Both the position numbers and the translations under genes were made by a program. Positions 42,301-53,704 of a stretch of DNA of 64,000 nucleotides are shown here, piece after piece (positions within the stretch are counted from its first letter, which is position 1; every line of letters starts with the position of its first letter). Where the stretch lies: NCBI GenBank assembly GCA_043228905.1, contig JBHGNT010000017.1:8680001-8744000 (forward strand), given 5' to 3'. Below the pieces are notes generated by a model, which saw only the letters and a program-made list of their open reading frames with translations, did not search any database and had not been told where the DNA came from. The stretch is from Azolla caroliniana (lineage: Eukaryota; Plantae; Polypodiophyta).

Positions 42301-43635
42301 CCTCTCTAGTCCAAACGGTTTCGATCCGAACTCTTCTTCGAATCGGTACTGTTAGTTCCTTTCTCTTTCCAAAAATGCTGACAGTTCTTCTAGAAGTGCC
42401 CTAGATTCCCACAATAGAAACAAGTAGGCCTCCCCCTTGACTTCGACCTCGCCCCCGATTTGTCTCGGTTTTGGGGACACCAATACCAGCCTCTTCCCTA
42501 GTTGTGGTCATCTTCCATGACCAAGGCTTTCGGATCGGTTCTGGAATTCCCATCCTTCCGGTGAGCTTCTTCATCTAGCAAGCTTGATTTTACCCTTGCT
42601 AGGGACAACTGCTTTCCTTCTGGCCCAGCATTGCCCAACGTGATGACTAACGCCTCCCAGCTATCCGGGAGGGAACCGAACAGGAGCAATGTGAGTACCT
42701 CATCGGCGAGAGGTACTTCCAACGAGGTTGCCTGGTGTATGAGCCCCTGGAAGGCATTCATGTGCTCCGCCATACTAGAGTCGTCTTGGTATTGGAGCCT
42801 CACTAGCTTCCAGAATATTGAAACCCAATTAACAGCATTCTTGTTCTAGAACATGATGTCGATCTTCTCCCAGAGTTCATGACCCTTGCTCTCTTCATTG
42901 AAGTTGTTGTACAGGCTCATGTCGATGAAACACCGGATGTATGTCGTCGGCTTGATGTGCATCACCTCGCATATTGTGGTGTCGATCTTATTCGGTCTCT
43001 TGTCCTCGAACTGAACCGGCAACCAAAGATCTTTAACCACTAGCATATCCCTCATCTTCGACTTCCACACTGAGTAGTTGGAGTCGGTGAGCTTGAACAT
43101 GCCGTCAAATGATTCTTCCATTTCCTATGTTGTTCGCTCTTATACCAGATTGAAGAGAATAGCGCGGAATATTGCTCGACCACAACCGAGTCTTGAATCA
43201 CTTCAATGAGAATGAAAAACACGGAAATGGGAAGTAGAGAGTACACAGAATGTTTACGTGGAAAACCCTAATGGGAAAAACCACGGGAGCCCACAGACTC
43301 CAAGTTATCACTATATATAGGAAAGATACAATCAGATACTCAGAGGCAACAACCTCGAGCTATGTATCTTCGCCAACCGGCAGTTACAACTGAGTATAAC
43401 TCTGTATCTCCTCACTGTCTATACAACAATTATATCAACAACAATATGACAACCACACATCATAAAGTGATTGCCCTAAGTCATATTTATACTTATATGA
43501 ACTTAGGGTTATTTGCAAATATAACCTCAATAGGCTTACTCAAAACATATTTACAAATATGTCTTCTCTTCCGGTTCTCACCGGGTCCTCTTCATTCATG
43601 ACCGGATCCCATCCGGAGGGACCGATTACCCAACA
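39370..43635 (-). mobile_element. Copia D1 (Tnt1/Tork-like): 5' LTR 43151-43635, PBS 43136-43147, disrupted gag-PR-INT-RT-RH, interrupted in RNase H by D2
   Basis: PBS TGGTATAAGAGC; WVVDSGAS, LWHKRLCH, QLDVKTAFLHG, LLLYVDDML, ALSTTEAEYM. Confidence 0.9.
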
Positions 43636-45312
43636 TAATCTTCTTATGTGTTGAGCGGCAAGCTCAATTGGAGCCGGATCGGCTGGATAAGCCTGAGCCG
43701 GTGAGCGAGACGGATCGGTGAGCCGGTGAGCACCCGGTGAGCAAAGAGTCGGTGAGCTGGGGAGCCAGTCAGCCGGATCCATCAGTAACCGGAAGCCTAG
43801 TAGCAGCTAGACTACTAGGGAGTTATTACTCTCGTAGTTAGTGTCAGGCGCTCGAGTGAGCATTGAAGTACACCGTACTTCTGTCAGTCCGTATGGACTT
43901 GTATAAAAGTGTTCGCTGAACACATACTATGTACAAAGCGTTGATATAATTTTTTAATAGAGATTCTTGTTCTCTCTCTCTCTCTCTCTATCTCTATCTC
44001 TCTCACATACTGTTAAGCTCTCCATTAAACCTATTCTCTATTCTTTGTTCTTTGTTCTCTATTTTTTATTACTTCCGCACGCTATTTGTTTTTACATGGT
44101 ATCAGAGCGCGAAGGTTGAGAACCTCTGCAGCTGACATAGCTTGAAAGGAAAACTTTCGTAAAGAACAGGAAAAGAAAAATGGATAGAGGAATGGCTAGC
44201 TCGCTCCCGGTGGAGAAGCTCGACAGAACCAACTACGCATCTTGGTCTTACAAGATGCACTAGTACCTGCTTGGGCATGGGTATTAGAGCTATGTCGACG
44301 GAGCTAACGACACAGCACCTGATGCGGCACACAAGGACTTCCCGGTGTGGGAACAATCGGCAAGCAGAGTAATGTACTGCTTTGCGTCCAATGTCGGAGC
44401 CCAGCTGTTGAGCCACGTCCGAGATGCTGGGACGCCGAAAGAGGCTTGGGGAAACCTGAAGAAGGTGTTCGTGTTCGTTGCAAGCACCACAGCCCGGAAG
44501 CTGCAACTCCGACAGGAGTTGAGCAATGTTCAACAGAAGGACATGTCGGTGGTTGATTACGCGGCCCGAAACAAAGAGATCTGTGACTCTCTTGCCTCTA
44601 TCAAGGTCATGGTAGAGGAAGACGAGATGGTACGGGTCTATCTTGGGGGCCTGGCGTCTAAGTTTCGAGCTTTCTGGACAACAGTATATACGAGGGAGAA
44701 TACGCCGTCATTTTTCGACTTATAGTCGATGCTCCTTGTAGAGGAGAACCACGCTGGTGCGTCAACAAGTGCACCCACCGACAACCGGATGTTGTACTGT
44801 TACCCGGACCCGGACAGTCAGTTTTACCGAACAAGTGGGAAAGCGTCAAAAACGGAGTCGGTTCGGATCGACTGTTTGGATCAATGACTCAGCAGTGAAC
44901 AAAGAGAACTAAGTTAGTTAGATAATTTTGTAATTCTTGATAGTAAGTAGGAATAGTTCTTGATGAGAAAAGACCTTCGGTATACCTATAAAAGGGAACC
45001 GAAGGCATTGTAAGAAAGGTCGCTTATTTAGTAATATAAGTTTAAGTTAGGAATATCATGTACGGATTCTGTGTTCTTTCTATTGTCTATGTTGTTAAGT
45101 GCAAGCTTCCTAATTTATAACTAAGTAACGATCACGGTAATTACCGATTAATATAGTATAATTCCGTTCGTAAAACACAATTCCTTGTTAGAACGTTGAG
45201 TAGCGACGTTCACTCTTCTGTATCGGTAGTAGTTAGTAATTAGCCGATTAACACAGAAGAAATTTGGCACGCCCGGTTACATCTGCAATTAAGCAGAGAA
45301 CAAATCGAATGG

Positions 45313-48300
45313 ATGTCGTATGAAGAGGAGACACCGGTCAGTTGTAAGTGCCCTCGTACAAGGTCAGTTACGAAGGCAGTGCAGGAAGCGTTCATTGCGC
45401 AAGAATAGCCGGAATCAAGCACAAAGTGGTCGAAACTTCCTGACTTATCCGATCAATTACCTTCAGACGAAAAACAGACGGAAGACGTATCGTTTTACGA
45501 CATTTGGGACGATATGCCTTATACTTATTCTAAGTTCCGGGAAGGAACAGATGCGGAAGCACATGTTAGGGATTTCTTAACGACATGGGAGATTAACCAT
45601 GGAGCTCAGCGATTGTCGGCAGATGCCGAAGATAAGTCAAAAATCGCTGAGTTCGTCTTATCATTAGACGGATATTCTGCCAATTGGTTTGCGCAGAACG
45701 GTCTTCAAGGATTTCCATCCTTTGAAGTGTTAACTAGTAAATTTTTACAATTATTTCATCAACAAATTCCGCAGAAGGATTTGATTGCGCAATTTTATGC
45801 GTTATATCAAGAGAAAAATGAAACAGTATCTCAGTTTGTGATACGATTTCAGAACTTACAGCTTCAGATTTCAAGGCCGATTCCGGATAATGAATTAAAA
45901 GAAGTCTTTCTAGAAGTTGTAAAAGAACCATTAAGGACGACATTGAAAGTGTTCGATTTTCGAAATTAGACTATCGAACAAGCAATTGATAAAGCAATAG
46001 AAATGGGTCGACCACCGGTCAATGTTCAGAGTATGGACATGTCGGCATTACACCGTACATTACCAACAATAGAGGAGTTACAATTTCGACAAGCAGTTCA
46101 ATGCACCACTTGTTTAAATACGGGGCATTCAGCAATTGAATGTACGTTAAGAACACATTGTACAATATGTCATTCAAAATTACATTCAGTAGAACAATGT
46201 GAATATAATCTGCTTAATAAGACTACGGCGTCAGTACGACAAATTTTTACTGACAATGGTTACCAAAATAACACTAATCTGTTCAAAGGTTATCAAAATA
46301 ATAATTTTTCACAAAATCAGCAAAATGTACAACAAAATCCGGTTCTACAGCCAAATCAGATCTTTTCACAACAAAATATGCAACCCACTCAAGTGACTCA
46401 AGCATTTCAACCAGGTTTTGCTCAATCCAACCCACCATTCGTACAGAATCCGAATCAATATTTTCAACAAAATAATCAAAGTTTCCAACAAGGTAACCCA
46501 CCATTTCAAGGGTTTCAACAGAACTGTCTGAATGTGCAACCGAATTCTACATTTCAACCAAATCCGGCATTTCAACTGGGTAATATGACCTTTCAACATA
46601 ATACTCAAACCATTCCACAAAATAATCAAATGTTTCAACAGAATAATTTTCCGCCAAATCAGGAGTTCGGGATAACACAAAATGTAGCACAACCAAATGA
46701 TAATACCGAACAATTTAGGCAGAATCGGTATAAAAACAAGAGATTTTACAAACCAAAAGCTACACGTCAATACCAACAAAACCCGAGTGGTAATGAAGAG
46801 CAACAATTTAATAACGGCCAATTTGCACATGGAGAGACCGGTGGAACATTTGTACCCACTTGTTATATTTGTCGACAACTAGGCCATTATGCTAATCAAT
46901 GTCCGGTTAAAGGAAAGGGTCCAGCAGTTAATATGGTAATACCGGAAGTTCAGCAAGTAACGACACACAGCAAAAGCAAACAATCAGAGTGGGAAATTCA
47001 GGAAGAAGTTCGGAAGGCGGCAAAAGAATGGGTTGACGAAGCAAATCAAAGTAATGTGAATCGAATGTTACAAGACAATAACATTGACCAGAACATCGCT
47101 GTACAACAGTCATTGGGGAATAAGGAACAGGAAGAAACTTGGAAACTATTGGCTGATTGCCAAGTGTCATTGCCACTTACGGGCTTACTTAAGTTAGTAC
47201 CAAGGTTTACAGAAAAAGTGACAGCATTAATTGCATATAAAGGTTCCGAACAAATAGCAGTACACTACAATCAGCCAAGTAATAACCCTTCGATCATGGA
47301 TGAACAGAATCCGTCGATTAAGGTAATACTTTACGGGCAAGAAATCGGAAATGTGATTATAGATGGAGGCTCGGGAGTTAATGTGATTAACAAAGCTACA
47401 TGTGAAAAACTGGGAATCACGGAATGGGAAGCATGTCCGTTTTGGTTATGAATGGCAGATACAAGTACGGTACGACCGATTGGTTTGCTTCGACAACTGG
47501 ATGTAATAATCGGGGGACACAGTTTTCAGATTTCGGCAGTAATTTTGCAGTTAGAAACACAGGGAGCATACCCCTTGTTATTGGGGAGACCATGGTTAAA
47601 GACAGCTAATATCAAACAAAATTGGAAACAAAATGTGCTAACATTTAGGAAAGGAAAAACTAAGGTCAGGATTCCGACGCACAACAAAGTGACAACAAGC
47701 AAACAGAGTTTACCTGTACATGCAGAAGCAGTTAATATGATGGAAGGATTGGACGAGGAAGAAGAAAGTCAGTATTTCAATGATAATCAGAAAATCATCC
47801 CTCTATTTGAGGTAGATATTTTGCAAGCATTAACACCATATGTAGACTCACACGAAGAAGTGCCAATAGATGAGCAAACAATGAAAGAAATACGAATGCA
47901 ACAAGAAGCTACAGATAAGGAAATGAAGGTATCTCAGAGAGTGCAAGCCTCAGCATTGGAGGAGATCGATTTGGCAGGAGTAGAGGATGGTGAAAGAAAA
48001 ACAGTCTTGATTGCTAGAGATTTGGCGGAAAATGACAAACGGACATTAACAACATTACTATTACAATATAAAGATGTTTTTGCATGGTCGTTTGACGATA
48101 TGAAAGGTCTGGATCCCGCTTTTTGTCAACATCAAATCAATTTGCATAAAGATGCAAAGCCAGTACAACAACGCAGGTACAGGTTGAATCCGAATTATGC
48201 TATCAAAGTAAAAGAAGAAATCGATAAACTCTTAAAAGTAGGATTTATTCGACCCGTCAAAAAATCAACATGGCTGAGTCCGATAGTAGTAGTCCCGAAA

Positions 48301-50805
48301 AAGAATGGGAAAATTCGCGTATGTGTGGATTACAGAAAATTGAATGCAGCGACAATTACGGATGCGTTTCCGTTGCCATTCACAGATGGGATATTAGATG
48401 CAGTAGCGGGACATGAAATTTATAGTTTCTTGGATGGGTTCAGTGGGTACAACCAAGTACGGATGAATCCGGAAGATCAGGAAAAGACAGCTTTTGTCAC
48501 AGAATGGGGTGTCTTTGTGGCAGTAGTAATGATGTTCGGTTTAAAAACAGCTCCAGCTACATTTCAGCGGGTAATACAGGAAATATTCGGGGAATATATT
48601 CCAGCTTTCATGCAGGTGTTTTTAGATGATTTTGCGGTATATAGTCGGAAAGCTGATCATTTTGAGCATTTACGGCTATGTTTAGAAAAATGTCGAAAAG
48701 GGCGTCTTAGCTTAAATCCAGCCAAATGCGCATTCGGAGTAATGAGTGGTACGTTACTTGGGCATATTGTCAGTCAAGAAGGGATTGCAGTGGACCCAGA
48801 CAAAGTTAAAGCAATTATTGAGGCAACACCACCAACAAATGCTAAAGCTCTAAGTAGATTTTTGGGTCAAATTCGGTGGCACAGTAGAATGATGAGATAT
48901 CTAGCAGACATTGCTATTCCGTTACACACAGCAGTACACAAAGTTCCTTTTATATGGACAAGTATAGAACAAGATGCATACGAATGTCTCAAGAAGATGC
49001 TGACAAAGGTTCCAGTAGTTCAACCACCGGATTGGAACAAACCATTTCATGTTTTCGTCGATGCGTCGGACATTGCCATAGGCAGTGCTTTAATGCAATT
49101 ATCCGAACCAAACTGGTATAGGCCGGTATACTATGCCAGTAGGAAACTTTCGTCGGCCGAAAGAAACTATTCAACAACCGAAAGAGAAGCTTTGGGAATG
49201 ATATATAGTGTGAACAAATTTCGACATTACCTATTGGGTAAGAAATTTACATTTCATGTGGATCATTCGGCTCTATTGTATCTAGTTTCCAAACAAGAAT
49301 TGACAGGCAAGTTAGCCAGATGGACGTTATTGCTTCAAGAGTTTGAATTCGACATTATACATCGACCAGGAGCACAACACGCGATTGCTGACTATCTCAG
49401 TCGGCTTGAATCTGGAGAAGAAGCGGTTGGTGTTAAAGATGATTTTCCAGATACTCAACTATTTCGGGTTGAGACAGTAAAAGCACAAGAAATGAATGAG
49501 GAAAAAGAGGATGAATGGATTTCCGAAATGACGATATTTCTATCAACAGGAATTCCGGCCGAACACATGTCGACAGATGAAAGAAAAAGAATTGCAGTAC
49601 GAAGTCGAAATTTTTGTTTATTTAATGACATGTTGTATCATAAAGGAGCGGATGGAATATGGCGAAGGGCAGTAAGGAAATTTGAAAAATTAGCCATATT
49701 AACAGAGTCACATTGTGGAATTGCTGGCGGTCATTACGCAGGAGAAGCAACAGCCAGAAAAATATGGAATAGCGGGTTATGGTGGCCAACGGTAATGAAA
49801 GATGCTAACGAATACTGTAAGAAATGCGATTTGTGTCAAAGAATGGGGCAACCGACCGAAAAGGATCGAATGCCTTTTCAACCGGTTTTACCTCTTGAGC
49901 CATTTCAGAAATGGGGCTTAGATTTTGTCAGCCCATTCAAACCAGCAGCTGCAAGAACCGGTAATCGATATATCATAATTGCAACTGACTATTGCACAAA
50001 ATGGGTTGAAGCAAAAGCTCTCAGAGACAATACAGCAGCATCCACAGCAAAATTCCTGTATGAAAATATATGGTGTCGATTCGGTTGCCCAATAGAATTG
50101 GTAAGCGATCAAGGCACTCATTTTATTAACAAGTTAATTCACGAATTAACTAATTATTATGCCGTAGTTCATAAGAAAAGTACGCCTTACTATCCCCAAG
50201 CTAATGGATTGGCAGAATCGACAAATAAAACAATTCAAACAATTTTAAAGAAGATAGTGAATGAAAATCGTACTGATTGGGATCAAAAGTTAAATAGTGC
50301 ATTATGGGCATATCGTACTTCGTACAAAACATCTATTAAATCAACACCTTTCCGAATGGCATTCGGACTTGAAGCTGTTATGCCGATCGAATTTCAAATT
50401 CTGACACTTCGTATCCAAGCGACGAATAAGTTAAATGAAATAGAATCGGAGCAGATACGCAAAGAGGCTTTATTAGTATTAGAAGAAGAACGGATTCAAT
50501 CAATGTCAGCACTAGAACACAAGCAGAGACAAATCAAGGCATTCGTAAATCGACATCGAAGGAAATCAGAAGAGCAATTCGAAATTGGGAAACCGGTATT
50601 GGTATTCCAGACGAAAATGGGACTTATGCCTGGGAAACTCCGGTATAGATGGACAGGTCCAGTATGGATAATTAATAGTAAAAATGGTACGTATCAGCTG
50701 GGATCATTAACTGGAGAGGTTTTACCGAAATGGGTAAATGGATTCCGGCTTAAACCGTATTTGGGAGATATGCCGGTGAACCCGTTTATTCAAACGGAAG
50801 AGTAA
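45313..50805 (+). pseudogene. gag-pol: gag-pol of element A in a single frame with three in-frame stops; RT-RH-INT portion 47452-50805 is open
   Basis: ORFs at 45514, 46003 and 47452 share one frame; three CCHC knuckles, IDGGS, FLDD, RNase H, HHCC/DDE integrase, GPY/F-like end; no chromodomain and no additional RNase H. Confidence 0.9.
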
Positions 50806-51193
50806 AAAAAAAAAAAACTAACTAACTCACTCAATAGTTCTTGTCAAATAGAATCTTGCCATAACAGTCTGAATCGACTATAAATAGAAAGAGGAATTGC
50901 ATGATTATTAGTAAGGGGCATAACCACTACACGTAGAGTTAATACTAATTAATTCCTACATTAATAGCAATTACTATTCTTTAGTCATAATGCATAAGTT
51001 AATATCTTTAAAGCATATTTCTGTATCTTCTGTGTCGCCAAAGCAACAGAAACGAGTGCAGATCTCGAAACATTCTGAGCCTTCGTGCCCTAGCTCGCCC
51101 AAACTCTGTTTTTCTGATTTTCATCGCTACAGAAGCTCTGCAGATCTCCAACCGACATCGTCAAGTGATTCAGAACAAGCAAACACAGAAGTC

Positions 51194-53662
51194 ATGCCGA
51201 TTCCTGTGTCTGAAGAACTACGACTGTGGCTTTATGAGAGAAACTTACAAGGTTTCATCAAAGTAGCAGAAGCGGAACCTCATCCGCAGGCGGAAGAATT
51301 GGTACAACAATTAGACATCACCAAGGTCACCACAAAGAAAATACGAAATGCATTACAGATGCCAAGAGGAGGCTTTGAGGCAGTTAAAAAACCTTCATCA
51401 GAAGCACTCCAATCGTATTTCGGGGAATACTCACCCTCGGCAAAAGCATATCAGACTTATGGAGGTCGGGATGAGTTTTTCCATGAAGTGGCTAGATTTT
51501 TACTAGAGGTGGGATTTGTCAGTCCTCGTTTTTATTGTATGCCGAAAAAAAGGGTTGGGTTTATCATAGCCGCATACGAAAAGGAGGATTTCAACTGGCC
51601 ACTATTGTCGGGGGAAGCTCTGAGAGAGCAGCTACAAGGGGTGAAAACAGGAAAACCAATGAAGCAAATTTTTGGTCGTTGGCTATCGGTATTGTTTCCG
51701 ATTCAAGAATCGGAAACTCCTGTTCAGTCAAGAAAACCACCGATAGTACAAGCACCGCGAAGACACCGACAGGTAGTACATGAAGAATGGATAGAGGAAG
51801 AATCGGCACATGCCGATAATATACAAACGGATATGCCTCAGTCGGAACCACCAAGACCAGAGAATTCCGAAAACAGGCAACCAGCAGCCGAACAAGAAAC
51901 AGTTGACCATTTGATAAACAAGCAGCAGCCGACAGAAAATCGACAACAAGCAGAGAAGATGCGACAAAGGACAAGGGTTAAACAAAAGGCTAATAGGCAA
52001 TTCCAACCAGAAAACAGTGATGGGTCAGCACCGAAAAGGCAACGCACAAAGGAAAATTCGAATACGCCTGTAGTAGCAGAAGTAATAAAACCAGGGAATG
52101 AGAGCGTTTCGACACAACCTCAACAAGGACAATCTTCAAAAGTAGCAATTCGGGAAGCACATGGGTACTTGGATATTCCACCAGCAGCACATGAATTAGC
52201 TGCCATTTTACAGTTCGGAACTTCATACGAACTGGTTGAATGGTTGGCTAAAAGATTGACAGAAGTATCAGAACGGCTGGCTCAAGAACATAATGACCGA
52301 ATAATGATACAGAAAGCCTTACGAGGAGTGTTGGAACCTCAAGAAAAAGCAGAGATAGAGAAAATCGGCCGGAAAAGAAGTGCACAGAATAGAGGGGAGG
52401 CTATTGAAATGCCACCATTACATGAAGCACTGGTCGAAATTCATAAAGAATATGAAACGGCACGCAAAGCAGCCAGTGATATGGCTGAAAGATACAAAAG
52501 TGTATCAGCATCGGCGGAGGTGCTGAAACATCAGTTTTGTAACATACGGGCAGAAAATAAAGAACTAAAAGAAAGTCTAAACAAATGGGAAACGCAGGCA
52601 CGGCTTATGGCGTCGGAGTCAGAATGGCAGCAGAAATTGGAGGACGCTGAGAAAGCACGTCAAGCAGAAACAACAAGGGCCAACAATGCTGTATTTCGAA
52701 CTACATAATTAGAAAAACAAATAGAAACCATTCAGAATGGTCAATACAAAGTTCTCGAAGAAAAAAATCAATTAATAAACGAATTACAGAAAAATCTAGA
52801 AGAAGCTAAGACGGCCAATCATACATATACCGAACAAATTGAAGAATTCGAAAGGTATATAGTGTCACAGGAAAGTCAATTGACAGAAAAAGAGCGGAGT
52901 CTTGAAGAAGTCAACAGAAGAATTACGGAACAACAGGAGGAATGGAGCAAAGAGAAATCGGCATTCGAACAACAACTGAACGAAATTCGGAAGATATCGG
53001 AACAAAGGCGACTGGACATATATGTAGTCGAATCCAAACTAATGCGAGCTGAAAGTGAAAACCGAGCCACTATTACGGATTTACGGAAAGAGTTGCAAAC
53101 CGCTCAATACGTCGCAAGCATCACTAAGGACAAAGTGCAGCACATCATAGGGAAACATCGAAACCTAGCAAAGAAAATGATCGATGAATCCCTTGCGCAA
53201 GGATGGAAGTTATGGACGGCACAAGCGGCGGAATTACAGTTATTGCGTGCCGACAAAAATAACCGTCAGGTCCAAGGTGCAGGTTTTTTTAAAATGGCAC
53301 AAAAGGATATTGACAATATCCAAGAGGATATCATGAAAGATATGGACAAAATTGCGGCATTTTACAGAGAAGAAATTCAACGTATTATGCAAGAATTCGA
53401 CAAAAATGATATAGGCACTTCCGTCCAGTTGGATAAAATCGAAGCCGAAAGAACCAGCAAGACTCTTGGTCTTCAAGCTCCCGGAAGAAGTGAACCAGAG
53501 CAGCCAACCGAATCACAACATTCAAAACCTGCTCCGAATGACGACTGTGACACAGATGAAGATGAAGATGAAGAGGAAGATATAGATGGAATACATCCAA
53601 GGCCAGAAGAGCCTTCGATTTTTGATATTCTGAACGATTCGGATGAAGAGCTACAGGAATAG
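51194..53662 (+). pseudogene. Extra 3' ORF of element A, with one in-frame stop at 52706-52708
   Basis: ORFs 50990-52708 and 52862-53662 are in the same frame and homologous to 59199-62102. Confidence 0.8.
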
Positions 53663-53664
53663 GC

Positions 53665-53704
53665 GTGGGTTCGCTGGACAAGGTCCTGGCCCACGGACGT
53701 GCCA
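53665..53704 (+). other. tRNA-Arg-like 3'-half module at the PPT position (copy A)
   Basis: GTGGGTTCGCT-GGAC-AAG-GTCC-TGGCCCACGGACGTGCCA, then AG, then the LTR TG. Confidence 0.85.

Noticed and set aside
38828-43635. Tandem Copia array sharing a central LTR
   Set aside because: The LTR ending at 39369 abuts mid-RNase H (ALSTTEAEYM) with no PPT and differs from the 43151 LTR, so it is a nested second copy.
45967-47451. Programmed stop readthrough between gag and pol
   Set aside because: The stops fall at conserved sense codons (FWL*MAD vs FWLRMAD in F) and fit C-to-T decay.
53640-53704. True tRNA gene
   Set aside because: The 5' half (D arm and anticodon arm) is missing; the upstream sequence is the end of the extra ORF.
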